64,000 bases of DNA from Nitrospirota bacterium (GTDB lineage Bacteria; Nitrospirota; UBA9217): NCBI GenBank assembly GCA_963740085.1, contig CAVUCU010000007.1, positions 32,001 to 96,000 on the forward strand, given 5' to 3'. This document shows positions 21,458 to 32,675 of this stretch, in pieces. Every line of letters starts with the position of its first letter. Position 1 is the stretch's first letter. Position numbers and translations under genes: made by a program. Under the pieces are notes generated by a model that worked only from the letters and a program-made list of their open reading frames with translations, was not told the DNA's origin and searched no databases.

Positions 21458-21518
21458 TGATGCCTCCCTGTAGTGAGATTAAATGACTTGGTTTATAAAG
21501 ATCTTTTAAACCCTGGTT

Positions 21519-21590
21519 TAACCACAGAATCACGGAGAACAGAACTATTAATATGCTTTACTCCTCCGTGTCTCAGTGTCTCCGTGGTAA
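21519..21590. repeat. Periodic palindromic element
   Basis: TAACCACAGAATCACGGAGAAC ... CTCCGTGTCTCAGTGTCTCCGTGGTAA. Confidence 0.7.
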
Positions 21591-21622
21591 ATTCCAGCTG
21601 TATTGCACCTGATTCTTTGATG

Positions 21623-22939
21623 TTACAGAAGCGTAGCCGCAAGCTCCGCAAGGTCGGAGCGCTCTCCCTTAACAAGCGTAATGTGTCCGGCAATGGACTC
21701 TTCCTTGAACCGGTCCACCACGAAGGTCAGGCCGTTGCTCGACGAATCGATGTAAGGATTGTCGATCTGGTACGGGTCGCCGGTCAGTACCACCTTGGTC
21801 CCTTCGCCCGCACGGGTAATAATCGTCTTGATCTCGTGCGGAGTCAGGTTCTGCGCCTCGTCGACGATAAGGTACTGGTTCGGCATGCTGCGGCCGCGGA
21901 TGTAGGTGAGCGGCTCCACCTCGATCATGCCGAGATCAAAGAGGCTCTGAAGGTCCTTCTTGCCCTTGACCCGCCCGGGCCCCCCCGAGGACCCCACGAG
22001 GAAGTCGAGGTTGTCACGGATCGGCTGCATCCAGGGCCTGAGCTTCTCTTCAATGTCTCCGGGCAGGTACCCGATGTCCTTGCCCAGGGGGAACACGGGG
22101 CGGGACACGACAAGCCGCTGGAACGTCCGCGCCTCGATGGTCTTCTCCAGTCCCGCGGCGAGCGCCAGAAGCGTCTTGCCCGTTCCGGCCTTTCCCACGA
22201 GCGTGACCAGCCGGATATCGTCGTTCAAGAGCAGGTCGAGGGCAAACTGCTGCTGTTTGTTCTTGGCCGAGATCCCCCAAACGCCGTGCTTCGCGGTCGT
22301 GATCGGGACAAAAACGCTTTTCTGCTTGCTATACCGGGCCAGGGCCGTCTGTGATTCGTTGGCGTTATTCTTAAGCAGCGCGAACTGGTTAGGGAAGAAC
22401 TGCTGGTCAACGGGCTTCATCTCTCCCCTGGCATAGAATTCGTCGATCGCCCCCGGCGGTACCAGCAGTTCGGTCTCTCCGGAGTACAGCTCATCGAGCA
22501 TGATCGTGTCCGACTCATAGTCTTCCGCCGTCATGCCGAGCGCGTCAGCCTTGATCCGGAGGTTCGTGTCCTTGGTCACGAGGATCACCGGCAGGCCGTC
22601 ATTCTTCAGGTTGAGTGCCGTGGAAAGGATCCGGTTGTCCGCCTTGGCCGCGATCAGCTCGCTCGGCAGGCACTCCGGCGACTGATGGTTGAGCTCCACC
22701 CGCAGGTTCCCGCCGCCCTCGAGCTTCACGCCCAGCGAGAGCTTTCCCTTGAGCCGGTGCTCATCGAGTATCCGCGAGACCTGGCGTGCGTTCCTGCCGA
22801 TCTCATCAACGCCTTTTTTGAATTTATCGAGTTCCTCGATCACGACGATCGGGATCACCACGTCGTTGTCCTCGAACGAAAAGATCGCCCGCGGGTCGTG
22901 GAGCAGCACGTTGGTGTCCAGAACGAATATTTTTTTCAT
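21623..22939 (-). CDS. PIN-PhoH ATPase (PhoH2/YlaK family)
   Basis: VLDTNVLLHDP (PIN), GKAGTGKT, RGRS and DEAQN. Confidence 0.95.
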   Translation of the reverse strand: MKKIFVLDTNVLLHDPRAIFSFEDNDVVIPIVVIEELDKFKKGVDEIGRNARQVSRILDEHRLKGKLSLGVKLEGGGNLRVELNHQSPECLPSELIAAKADNRILSTALNLKNDGLPVILVTKDTNLRIKADALGMTAEDYESDTIMLDELYSGETELLVPPGAIDEFYARGEMKPVDQQFFPNQFALLKNNANESQTALARYSKQKSVFVPITTAKHGVWGISAKNKQQQFALDLLLNDDIRLVTLVGKAGTGKTLLALAAGLEKTIEARTFQRLVVSRPVFPLGKDIGYLPGDIEEKLRPWMQPIRDNLDFLVGSSGGPGRVKGKKDLQSLFDLGMIEVEPLTYIRGRSMPNQYLIVDEAQNLTPHEIKTIITRAGEGTKVVLTGDPYQIDNPYIDSSSNGLTFVVDRFKEESIAGHITLVKGERSDLAELAATLL

Positions 22940-23000
22940 GAACGATCCTTTAAAAAGAATTTAACGCCTTAACACGAACATACATGAAACAAAACCTCGG

Positions 23001-23096
23001 AACCGCCAAGGCGCGAAGGTCGCGAAGGAGTGCTCAGATTTTTCAGTTCAAGCCAGGAGGAAAAGCCTTCCTTTGCGTCCTTGGCGGCTTCGCGGT
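23001..23096. repeat. Periodic palindromic element
   Basis: AACCGCCAAGGCGCGAAGGTCGCGAAG ... CTTTGCGTCCTTGGCGGCTTCGCGGT; left 27 nt identical to 25427-25453. Confidence 0.85.
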
Positions 23097-23134
23097 AAAT
23101 TTCTTTTCCATTCTGCGATGAATTATATTTGCAA

Positions 23135-23758
23135 CTATCCCAGGATCTCCCTCGAAGGTATCGCCCCTTCCCTGATCATTCTCGGTTCATCCCCGCTCAC
23201 ATCCACGACCGTCGAAGGGTTGCCGCCTTCGGTCCTGCCTCCGTCGAGGACCAGATCGACCATCCCCCCGATCGCCTCAGCCGCCTCCCGTGCTGTGCGC
23301 GGATTTTTCCCGCCCGAGATATTCGCGCTCGTACCGGTAAGCGCGGTGCCGAGAGATGCAAGTAAAAGCCGCGTCAGCTCATTTCCGGGAACTCTGAGCC
23401 CGATCGTCTCCGAGCCGCCGGTCAGTTCCACCATCACCCCCGGCTTTGCTTTGAACACGAGGGTGAGCGGACCGGGCCAGAATTTTTTCATGAGCCCCTC
23501 CGCGCGCGGCGTGATCACCGCTGCCCAGTCCGGCACCTCGTCTGGATCCCTGATCAGCAGCAGGATCGGCTGGTCAGCCTGCCTGCCTTTGATGGCGAAC
23601 AATTTTCTGACCGCTTCGGGATTCCTGGGATCCGCGCCCAGGCCGTACAAGGTGTCGGTCGGGTACACGATGAGGCCGCCGGCACGGATCACGTCCCTGC
23701 AGCGGGAAAAAGCTTTTTCGGGATGGGCGGGATCGATCTCAACTATCGGTGTCCGCAT
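23135..23758 (-). CDS. tsaC: L-threonylcarbamoyladenylate synthase (TsaC/Sua5)
   Basis: YPTDTLYGL, KGR, WPGPLT and TSAN.SG. Confidence 0.93.
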   Translation of the reverse strand: MRTPIVEIDPAHPEKAFSRCRDVIRAGGLIVYPTDTLYGLGADPRNPEAVRKLFAIKGRQADQPILLLIRDPDEVPDWAAVITPRAEGLMKKFWPGPLTLVFKAKPGVMVELTGGSETIGLRVPGNELTRLLLASLGTALTGTSANISGGKNPRTAREAAEAIGGMVDLVLDGGRTEGGNPSTVVDVSGDEPRMIREGAIPSREILG

Positions 23759-23828
23759 ATGACATGCTCGCCGCGCATAGCAGATCGCGGAATACGGATT
23801 TCTGATGAAGTCCACCCCGCGCTCCGCA

Positions 23829-24683
23829 CTAGCTCGCCCCTCCCGTCAGTACGATATCCCCATTCCGGCGCTTCAGAAAGGCGGCTACGACAGGGCACTT
23901 GACCTTAAAGAGAAAAAAGATGCGCTTATCGTTCTCCTGTTCCAGCGTTTCATAATTCGCCTGGCCCTTGCTGATGATCAGATCGGCCGATCGGTACGCA
24001 TCCATGAATTGCATTGAACACGCTTCCAGCAGCGTTCCGATGCCGTCATTGCCGTTGTCGATCACCGTGGCGCATTCATGGAGACCAGCGGCATGCGCGT
24101 CGTCGAGCGTGGCATCGTTGATCACCGGAGAGCCTTTGACGACGGCGACCACGTCCTTCCCGCTGTCGCGCAGGATCTCGAGCAGGACCCGGTCGAACAC
24201 GATCTCTCCGGCATTATCGCAGAGGTAGAGGATACTGCGCGCGCGCTGGACCGCCCGGGAAAAATTGCGAAGATCGGTTTCGGACAAGGGCAGTCGGAAA
24301 GACTCTTCCAGAGAGCGGTCCAGATCAACGCTGTCGTAAATACCGAAATCGATCACGTTGCCGGCGATCGCGATCCGCACGCCGCCTTCAAGACGATCGG
24401 CTGCTCCGGCGGCCATGCGTCTCAGGGCGGGAAGACGGTCGAGCGCGCTTTGGTTATACGTTTCCTTGAGCAGCTTATAGGGGTCGACGCCGGTCCCGTC
24501 ACGCAGGATCCGATGAATATGCGTGGTGGTCCTGGCAGGGACCTCGTCAAGGGAAGCGTCCTCGATCACCTTTTCCGCCATGCGGCCGATGCCGCGCCCC
24601 CGGTCGCCGTTCACCCCGGCGTGGTTCAGCGAGCGGGTTATCTGCCCGAAGAAGCAGGGCAGACACTCGAGCTCGGTCTTCAT
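23829..24683 (-). CDS. DUF89/ARMT1-like damage-control phosphatase
   Basis: CLPC, AGNVIDFG, DNAGEIVFD and KGQANYE. Confidence 0.9.
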   Translation of the reverse strand: MKTELECLPCFFGQITRSLNHAGVNGDRGRGIGRMAEKVIEDASLDEVPARTTTHIHRILRDGTGVDPYKLLKETYNQSALDRLPALRRMAAGAADRLEGGVRIAIAGNVIDFGIYDSVDLDRSLEESFRLPLSETDLRNFSRAVQRARSILYLCDNAGEIVFDRVLLEILRDSGKDVVAVVKGSPVINDATLDDAHAAGLHECATVIDNGNDGIGTLLEACSMQFMDAYRSADLIISKGQANYETLEQENDKRIFFLFKVKCPVVAAFLKRRNGDIVLTGGAS

Positions 24684-25378
24684 TCCGTCGGTCCCTGGGG
24701 CGTGTCGGCCCCTCCTGGTTTTTTCTTCCGCCGTCTGCGCCTTGGCTTCTTCTTGGCAAGGGCATTCTCGACAAGGGGCTCCGCTTTCACGGCGGGCGCG
24801 GTCATTTTGGCAGGCGCCGATACCTTGACCGGCGCCGATATCTTGATCGGAGCCGAAACCTTAACAGGCGTGGCCATCGGGTTGAAAGAGAGGAGCCGCT
24901 TGGCCTTTTCCTCCACATCGCGTTCCATCTCGACCTTGAAGACCTTGAGGCGGTTCGCCACCTTCACGTCGCTCACGGCGATTATCTGCGCAGCGAACAC
25001 TCCCGCGTTCTTGGCGCCCGCCTTGCCGAGCGACATGGTCGCCACCGGCACGCCGCCCGGCATCTGCACGGTGGCGAGAAGCGCGTCGAGCCCCTTGAGC
25101 GGGGACGAATCGATCGGCACGCCGATCACCGGCAGGGTGGTCTGCGACGCCACCACCCCGGCAAGGTGCGCTGCCCAGCCCGCTCCGGCTATGATCACCT
25201 TGAGACCGCGCTTCTCCGCGCTCGAGCTGTATTCGAGCACCTTCTTCGGCGTGCGGTGCGCTGACGCGATCGTCATCTCGTACTCGATCCCGAACTCCTG
25301 GAGCATTGCCCCTGCCTCCTGCATCACCGGCAGGTCGGAATCGCTCCCCATCAATATCCCCACAACTGGTTTAGCCAT
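24680..25378 (-). CDS. purE: N5-CAIR mutase PurE with a C-terminal low-complexity/basic extension
   Basis: MGSDSD, SAHRTP, AAHLAG and VQMPGGVPVA. Confidence 0.95.
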   Translation of the reverse strand: MAKPVVGILMGSDSDLPVMQEAGAMLQEFGIEYEMTIASAHRTPKKVLEYSSSAEKRGLKVIIAGAGWAAHLAGVVASQTTLPVIGVPIDSSPLKGLDALLATVQMPGGVPVATMSLGKAGAKNAGVFAAQIIAVSDVKVANRLKVFKVEMERDVEEKAKRLLSFNPMATPVKVSAPIKISAPVKVSAPAKMTAPAVKAEPLVENALAKKKPRRRRRKKKPGGADTPQGPTE

Positions 25379-25426
25379 ATGGCCCCCTTCTATATAATCT
25401 CTGAATGTAATATCACCATAAACGTT

Positions 25427-25537
25427 AACCGCCAAGGCGCGAAGGTCGCGAAGAAGGACCCAGCGACGTAACCACAGGGGGTTATCTCTGCCTTGATAAA
25501 ACCACGATCCTCTTCGCGTTCTTTGCGTCTTCGCGGT
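25427..25537. repeat. Periodic palindromic element
   Basis: AACCGCCAAGGCGCGAAGGTCGCGAAG ... CTTCGCGTTCTTTGCGTCTTCGCGGT. Confidence 0.85.
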
Positions 25538-25577
25538 AATTATTTTCGTTTCTGCAAAGTTTCATCAGCAACTAACA

Positions 25578-26342
25578 TCACAGCTCTTTCGGATCTGAAA
25601 CAAAAACGGTTTCAACGCCAAAGGTCTTTTGAATGACCGGCATCAACGCCTTGACGCCGACGGTTTCCGTGGCATAGTGGCCGGCGACAAGAAGGTTCAT
25701 GCCGTATTCCTTTGCCGCATTATACACGGCCAGATCGATCTCGCCGACGAGAAAACAACCGAGCTTGTCAACACACGCCTCTTTCAGCATGCCCCCGCCC
25801 CCGCCCGAGACAATGCCGATCGAACGGACGCGCTTGTTCCCAAATCTGAACACGCGGCACGACGTGTCCAACGTTTCGTTCAGGACCGAGGCCAGGGTGT
25901 CCAGGGCGGTCGCCTTTTTGAAGACGCCCGCATAGCCGATCCTGATGCCGTGATACCGGCCGAACCTTCTCGGTCCCCGCGCGCCCAGGATACGGAGCAA
26001 CTGCATGTTGTTCCCGTATTCCTCGTGGAGATCGAGCGGCAGATGCGCGGCATAAAGCGCAATATTATTTCTCTTCAAGTGCTCCGCTCTTCCGGTCTCG
26101 AGGTCCCGGTCCTTTTGCGGCCTCCACTTGATGCCATGGTGAACGACAAGGAGATCGACACCGAGCTTTTTTGCCTTCACAAAGGTGGAGACGCAGGCGT
26201 CAACGGCAAAACCGACCTTCCTTATTTCGCCGCTCTTGCGGGACCTCACCTGCAGGCCGTTCACGGAAGCGTCTTTGATCTTTCCGACCCGCAGCGTCTT
26301 GTTCAAAAAACCCGTGATGTTCCTGATCGTCGCCCGGCGCAT
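25578..26342 (-). CDS. Nif3-like dinuclear metal protein
   Basis: NGLQV, VHHG, HLPLD.H and AGHYATE. Confidence 0.93.
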   Translation of the reverse strand: MRRATIRNITGFLNKTLRVGKIKDASVNGLQVRSRKSGEIRKVGFAVDACVSTFVKAKKLGVDLLVVHHGIKWRPQKDRDLETGRAEHLKRNNIALYAAHLPLDLHEEYGNNMQLLRILGARGPRRFGRYHGIRIGYAGVFKKATALDTLASVLNETLDTSCRVFRFGNKRVRSIGIVSGGGGGMLKEACVDKLGCFLVGEIDLAVYNAAKEYGMNLLVAGHYATETVGVKALMPVIQKTFGVETVFVSDPKEL

Positions 26343-26371
26343 GTTACCTTTTGGCCTCCGCATTCTCAAGT

Positions 26372-26528
26372 GGTCCCGGCCCGGACAAGCCGGAACTAAA
26401 AACGTGGAACCGCGAAGGCGCGAAGGAGTTCTAATTCTATGTTTAAATACCAGGAGTTAAGGATTTCCTTAGCGTTCTTTGCGCCCTGGCGGTAAATTTT
26501 TTTTGCCGTTTTGAGAAGAGTTTGACTC
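26372..26528. repeat. Family A dispersed element in inverted orientation
   Basis: CCGGACAAGCCGGAAC ... periodic palindrome ... TTTTGAGAAGAGTTTGACT; the ends are reverse complements of the family A ends. Confidence 0.75.
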
Positions 26529-26536
26529 CTTAGTTA

Positions 26537-27816
<1,280 letters not shown>

Positions 27817-27924
27817 TTAACTCCTTGTAATAGACCAGCAGATATCAGCACGTGGATCCGCTGAGCGAACTGCACGATGGACGACCGTTCGCTTCGCTCA
27901 CTAAGACGTTGGACGTAAAAGACT

Positions 27925-28749
27925 CTACGTCTCTCGTCCCTCTCGTTTCATTCCCTCATTCATGCTTCCCGTCCGGTATCCTGCGAGGTCCAGACAAACG
28001 TAGGTATAGCCGATCTCCTTGAGCGCCGCCGTGATGCGCTCCGCAACGCCGTCCGAAAGCAGCTTCGTAAACTCCGCGCGATCAACCTCGATCCGCGCCG
28101 TGTCCCCGTGGTGCCGCACGCGCACCTGGCGGAATCCGCGGGCGCGCAGCTGGTCCTCTGCTGTCTGAATTGACTTGAGTATCCTGGGCGTGATCCGTGT
28201 ACCATAGGGGATCCGGGAGGAAAGGCAGGCGAGCGAAGGTTTGTTCCAGACAGGAAGTTCAAGACCGCGGGCGAGCTCCCGGACCTCTGACTTCGAAAGT
28301 CCGGCCTCGACAAGAGGGCTGCGCACGCCATGTTCCTCCGCGGCCCTTCGGCCCGGACGATAGTCGATCAGGTCGTCGATGTTCGAACCTTCGAGGACAA
28401 AAGTGATCCCTTCTGTATCGGCAAGCTTCCTGAGCTTTTCAAACAACTCCTTCTTGCAGTGATAGCAGCGGTCCGGGGAGTTCCGGACAAAGGCTTCCGA
28501 GGCGAGTTCTTCCGTACGGAGGATCCGGTGGGTGACGCCCAGAGACCGGACAAAGTCCTTGGCCGACTGCAGTTCACCGGCGGGATAGGTCTCGGAAACA
28601 GCGGTAGCTGCAATGAGGCCCGCACCCATGACTTCGGAAGCGGCCCTGAGCAGAAGCGAGCTGTCCACCCCGCCGGAATAGGCGAGAACGGCCGGTTTCA
28701 TCTCGTGAAGCAGTGCCTTGAGGCGTTCCCATTTTTGTTCGGTCGGCAT
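27925..28749 (-). CDS. larE: LarE-family ATP-dependent sulfur transferase
   Basis: SGGVDS (PP-loop), CYHCK, DYRPG and CLSSRIPYG. Confidence 0.9.
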   Translation of the reverse strand: MPTEQKWERLKALLHEMKPAVLAYSGGVDSSLLLRAASEVMGAGLIAATAVSETYPAGELQSAKDFVRSLGVTHRILRTEELASEAFVRNSPDRCYHCKKELFEKLRKLADTEGITFVLEGSNIDDLIDYRPGRRAAEEHGVRSPLVEAGLSKSEVRELARGLELPVWNKPSLACLSSRIPYGTRITPRILKSIQTAEDQLRARGFRQVRVRHHGDTARIEVDRAEFTKLLSDGVAERITAALKEIGYTYVCLDLAGYRTGSMNEGMKREGRET

Positions 28750-28837
28750 CTGGGCGATAATAGCATAGCTTGAACGGGGGTGTCAATAAAGTCCTGCACC
28801 CGGTCAGGCCGCAGCAAGGATAAGGCAATTACTAAAG

Positions 28838-29003
28838 AATCAAATTCTTCTCAAAATGAAAACATAATTCAGCCACGAAGACTCCAAGACACAAAGAGAG
28901 CTCAAAGGATTAGGGTCTTAGTGAATCACAAACCTTTATATGATCTTCTTCGTGCCTTCGCGTCTTTGCGGCATATTTGGTTCCGGCTTGTCCTTGGTCG
29001 GGA
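28838..29003. repeat. Family A dispersed element, copy 2
   Basis: Matches 10946-11106; ends in TTTGGTTCCGGCTTGTCC. Confidence 0.85.
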
Positions 29004-29007
29004 TGGA

Positions 29008-29811
29008 TTATTTTTTCCCGGCCGGCAGGTTGAACCCCATCTTCGCAGAGACGGCTTTGCCTGCATCCTGCACCATGGAAATAAGAACGCCCTTTTCAAG
29101 GAGCTCTTCCGTGAGTCGGTACGACGGGGCAACGATGCCTACTGCGCCGATCACCTTCCGGGAAAAGTCCCTGACCGGCACAGCTATGCTCCGCACGTCC
29201 GGATCAGCCTCCTCGCGCTCAAGCGCATATCCTTTTTCAGCGATCTTTTTCAGTTCAGTGAGAAGGACATCGCGCGTCTTGATGCTCTTTTCGGTGAGCG
29301 GGGGCAAATTCACCTCCGGGTACAACCGCTCGATCTCAGCCGCCGGCAGAGCGGCAAGCTGCACTTTGCCCACCGCCGTGCAGTGGGCGGGAAGCATGGC
29401 GCCGATGCGCGAGGTCACGCGCACTGTCCTCGCCGACTCCGCGCTGTCCATATAGATCACCTTGTTCCCGCGCAGGACCGCCACGACAGAGGTCTCTCCC
29501 GATGCCGCCGTAAGGCCTTCGATGAGGGGCCGCGCATGGCGGCGGCACTCGCGCTGCTCGAAAAAGATCGCGCCGATCTGGACCGTCTTGGGGCCAAGGC
29601 GGTAGTTCTCGGACAACAGGTTCTGCTCGATGTAGCCGCGGTGCTCGAGCGTGGCAAGCAGCCGGAACACGTTGTTCTTGTGAAGCCCGAGCCGCTTCGA
29701 CAGTGCGGTCACGCCGAGTTCGTCCTCGGTCATGGTGAATGATTCCAGGATGTCGAGCGCGTGCGAGACCGACTGGATCGTATAATTTTCTTTTTCCCTC
29801 TTTATGACCAT
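29008..29811 (-). CDS. IclR-family transcriptional regulator
   Basis: QSVSHALDIL HTH region, HCTAVGK and GYA...EE. Confidence 0.95.
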   Translation of the reverse strand: MVIKREKENYTIQSVSHALDILESFTMTEDELGVTALSKRLGLHKNNVFRLLATLEHRGYIEQNLLSENYRLGPKTVQIGAIFFEQRECRRHARPLIEGLTAASGETSVVAVLRGNKVIYMDSAESARTVRVTSRIGAMLPAHCTAVGKVQLAALPAAEIERLYPEVNLPPLTEKSIKTRDVLLTELKKIAEKGYALEREEADPDVRSIAVPVRDFSRKVIGAVGIVAPSYRLTEELLEKGVLISMVQDAGKAVSAKMGFNLPAGKK

Positions 29812-29839
29812 GGTATGACACTCCCTTGCAAATTTGACC

Positions 29840-30259
29840 TTACTTCAGGTGCCCCGTCTTCTTGCCTTTTTGCACGGGATAACCCTTCGAGAACCAATCC
29901 GGCATGCCTGCCTGATATATCATGAGAGAGGTGTATCCCAGCTCAGTGGCCGCACCTGCGGCCATTCTGCTGAGGCCTCACTCCAAGCCTCTGCAATAAA
30001 AAATGATCAGTGCTGTTTTATTCTTCGGCAAATATGCGGCCCTGGCCTTCATCTCCTCCGGCATGATATTGATAGCTCCCGGGATGTGCGCCAGCTGATA
30101 TTCTTCAGCCGTCCTTGTATCGACAAGCACCGCGTTCTTTTTTCCCATCAAATATGACCGCAGTTGCTCCGCATCAATGACCGTAAATTGCGCCATGACT
30201 GACGTGGAAAATAAAAGCAGAATACCGAACAAAAACAGGAAGGTCCTTGTTTTAATCAT
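29840..30259 (-). CDS. Exported rhodanese-domain selenoprotein (139 aa; UGA at 29978-29980 read as Sec)
   Basis: Signal peptide, DTR...EY..AHIPGA, FYCRGLE-U-GLSRMAA...GY...YQAGMPDW..KGYPV. The rhodanese C-terminus continues in frame after the TGA; SECIS hairpin present. Confidence 0.88.
29942..29974 (-). promoter_or_regulatory. Bacterial SECIS element
   Basis: CTCAG-cagaa-TGGCCGC-AGGT-GCGGCCA-CTGAG; apical loop starts 20 nt after the UGA and shares GCAGGU with the E. coli fdhF SECIS. Confidence 0.85.
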
Positions 30260-30315
30260 AGTAAGTCCTCTCTTTTAAAACAGGTGTTTAATCTTAAGTC
30301 GCTACGGCGAGTTTG

Positions 30316-30864
30316 TCAAGAGGTAAGTCCCCAGAGGCCGAAGGCGATAAAGATCAGCGCGGCGAACCATTTGATCTGTTTTTCAGGGATGTTCTTGTGC
30401 ACTACGATGCCGGCAATGATCCCGATCGCGTCCGCGATCAGCATCCCGGTCGTGGTGCCGATCCATACCGGGATGACCGTATTGAAGTCAGCGGCAAGCG
30501 CCACGGTTGCGAGCTGGGTCTTGTCCCCCATCTCGGCGATAAAGAACGCCACCGCAACGGTCCAGAAGGGGCTGAAGTTGAACCTTTTGTCCTCGTCCGT
30601 CAGCTTGTCACCGCGGAGCGTCCAGAGACCGAAGAGAATGAAGGACACCGAAGCCGCGATCTTGAGGTAATTGAGCGGAATGATATTGGTGAGATAATTT
30701 CCCACGAGGACGGCGAACAGGTGGTTTGCAGCCGTCGCGACGAATACACCCCACATCACTGTCTGCCACCTGAACCGCGAGGCAAAGGCCATGGCCAGGA
30801 GCTGGGTCTTGTCGCCCATCTCGGCCAGGGCAACGATCGCAAGCGACGTGAGAAACGCCGTCAT
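30316..30864 (-). CDS. TMEM165/GDT1 (UPF0016) Ca2+/Mn2+ transporter
   Basis: Two AEMGDKTQ motifs. Confidence 0.95.
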   Translation of the reverse strand: MTAFLTSLAIVALAEMGDKTQLLAMAFASRFRWQTVMWGVFVATAANHLFAVLVGNYLTNIIPLNYLKIAASVSFILFGLWTLRGDKLTDEDKRFNFSPFWTVAVAFFIAEMGDKTQLATVALAADFNTVIPVWIGTTTGMLIADAIGIIAGIVVHKNIPEKQIKWFAALIFIAFGLWGLTS

Positions 30865-31568
30865 GCAAGCATTTCTTTCTGTTTTTTTACAAGCGCGCGA
30901 ATGCCTTTCTCGCCGAGCGTGAGAAGTTCTGTGAGCTCTGCCTTGGAGAACGGTTCGCCCTCGGCAGTGCCCTGCACCTCAACGATCCTGCCCTTGCCCG
31001 TCATCACGAGGTTCATGTCAACTTCCGCTGTCGAATCCTCGGTGTAGCAAAGGTCGAGCATGGGTTTCCCGTCTACGATGCCGACGCTGATCGCGGCAAG
31101 ATAGTCATTGACCGGCACGTCCTCGATCAGCCCCTGCCTTTTTACATGTCGAAGCGCGTCAACGAGCGCGATATAGGCACCGGTGATCGATGCCGTGCGC
31201 GTTCCGCCGTCCGCCTGGATCACGTCGCAGTCGATCAGTACGGACCGTTCGCCAAGCGCCTTCATGTCCACCACCGAGCGAAGGGACCTGCCGATGAGCC
31301 GCTGGATCTCGTGCGTACGGCCGCCCACCTTGCTCCGTTCGCGCTGGATCCTCTGGCCCGAGGAGCGCGGAAGCATGGCGTATTCCGCCGTGACCCAGCC
31401 CGTGCCTTTGCCGCGCAGAAAAGAAGGGACGGAATTCTCGACCGTGGCCGTGCAGATGACCCGCGTGTCGCCCATCTCGATCATCACCGAGCCCTCCGCC
31501 GCCTTGATGTAATTCCTGATGATCTTCAGCTTGCGGAGCTCGTCCGCCTTTCTTCCGTCTTTACGCAT
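30861..31568 (-). CDS. rph: Ribonuclease PH
   Basis: [25 protein letters not shown] and [12 protein letters not shown]. Confidence 0.97.
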   Translation of the reverse strand: MRKDGRKADELRKLKIIRNYIKAAEGSVMIEMGDTRVICTATVENSVPSFLRGKGTGWVTAEYAMLPRSSGQRIQRERSKVGGRTHEIQRLIGRSLRSVVDMKALGERSVLIDCDVIQADGGTRTASITGAYIALVDALRHVKRQGLIEDVPVNDYLAAISVGIVDGKPMLDLCYTEDSTAEVDMNLVMTGKGRIVEVQGTAEGEPFSKAELTELLTLGEKGIRALVKKQKEMLA

Positions 31569-31601
31569 TAAACGTCTCCTCTCGGTCTCCCCAACCGCAT
31601 A

Positions 31602-31678
31602 ACTATAGTAATATCCATGGGTTATGTCAATTCGTTTTTTTTATACAGTTTGACACCTCGTATATTTTCCGTTAAAGT
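31602..31678. promoter_or_regulatory. Divergent sigma70-type promoters (rph on minus; accessory region on plus)
   Basis: Minus: TTGACA-17-TATAGT (31630-31602). Plus: TTGACA-17-TAAAGT (31650-31678). Confidence 0.6.
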
Positions 31679-31711
31679 CGGGAAAAATCACTCAATCATT
31701 GGTTAACCACT

Positions 31712-31860
31712 ATGCAAACCTGCGACTGGACATCCGTAATACAGGATGCTTCCGTCACGATAGCATCACTTGCCGTGATCTTCGGGATTGATGCATGGCG
31801 TCGTGAGCACATCGGAAAGCGCCGTATGGAGCTGGCAAAGGAAGTACTTTACTTCTTATG
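31712..31860 (+). pseudogene. Truncated hypothetical membrane-anchored gene remnant
   Basis: TM segment then WRREHIGKRRMELA; runs into the AT-rich promoter region of the TA pair. Confidence 0.4.
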
Positions 31861-31919
31861 TTCCTTCCCAAATAATGCTTGCGTAATATATAAAAACTTA
31901 TATAATATAAGTCCTGATT

Positions 31920-32235
31920 ATGAAACCGCTAAACTTCATAGGTTCAAGCTTGGACGACCTTCGGAACTTCCCGGATGAAGCTCGCAAAGCGGCAGGTTTT
32001 GAATTATATTCCGTACAATCCGGACTTGAGCCGAACGATTGGAAACCTATGCCCAGTAATAGGACGCGGGGTCAAGGAAATCCGTATTCACGTCCTGGGA
32101 GAATGGCGCATTATTTATGTGACAAAGTTCGAGGACGCGGTATATGTCCTCCATTCGTTTCAAAAGAAGAGCAAAAGAACGAATCAAAACGATATTGAAT
32201 CAGCTCGCAAGCGATTCAAGCAAATTGGAGGGTAG
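31920..32235 (+). CDS. RelE/HigB (Gp49-like) toxin with a +1 frameshift at ~32058
   Basis: MKPLNFIGSSLDDLRNFP...DWKPMPS, then IGRGVKEIRIH...VYVLHSFQKKS in the next frame. Confidence 0.88.
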
Positions 32236-32239
32236 TATT

Positions 32240-32524
32240 ATGAAAGAACCTATTATTAAATCATCCGGCAACGTATTTCTTGATCTCGGGTTTTCCCCTG
32301 AGGACGCCGCAATTCTTCAGATGCGTTCTGAGATCATGGCTGATCTTCGGAAGTTCATCAAGAACAAAAAGCTGACGCAAGCAAAAGCGGCTGAGATTCT
32401 TGGCGTTAGTCAGTCCCGCATCTCTGATCTTACAAGAGGCAAATGGGAGAAGTTCAGTTTGGAAATGCTTATCGCTCTTGCGACTAAGGCAGGCATGCGT
32501 ATCAGTCTCAAAAGAGCCGCATAG
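32240..32524 (+). CDS. XRE-HTH antitoxin (HigA-like)
   Basis: SSGNVFLDLGF and TQAKAAEILGVSQSRISDL..GK..KFSLE. Confidence 0.9.
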   Translation: MKEPIIKSSGNVFLDLGFSPEDAAILQMRSEIMADLRKFIKNKKLTQAKAAEILGVSQSRISDLTRGKWEKFSLEMLIALATKAGMRISLKRAA

Positions 32525-32529
32525 ACATG

Positions 32530-32587
32530 ACTTAACAAGTCGTTCGAGCCCCGCGCTTTACAGCGCGGGCTCAACTCGTCGATATGT
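32530..32587 (+). mobile_element. Degenerate attC-like site
   Basis: ACTTAAC-aagtc-GTTCGAG-cccc gcgctttacagcgc ggg-CTCAAC-tcgtc-GATATGT. Confidence 0.65.
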
Positions 32588-32675
32588 GCAAAATAAATAC
32601 TAAAATAATGAAGAAAATAGCCCTGGTGCTGATATGTCTTATCGTTCTAACAGCAGAGACGGGAGGAGTCTATCT

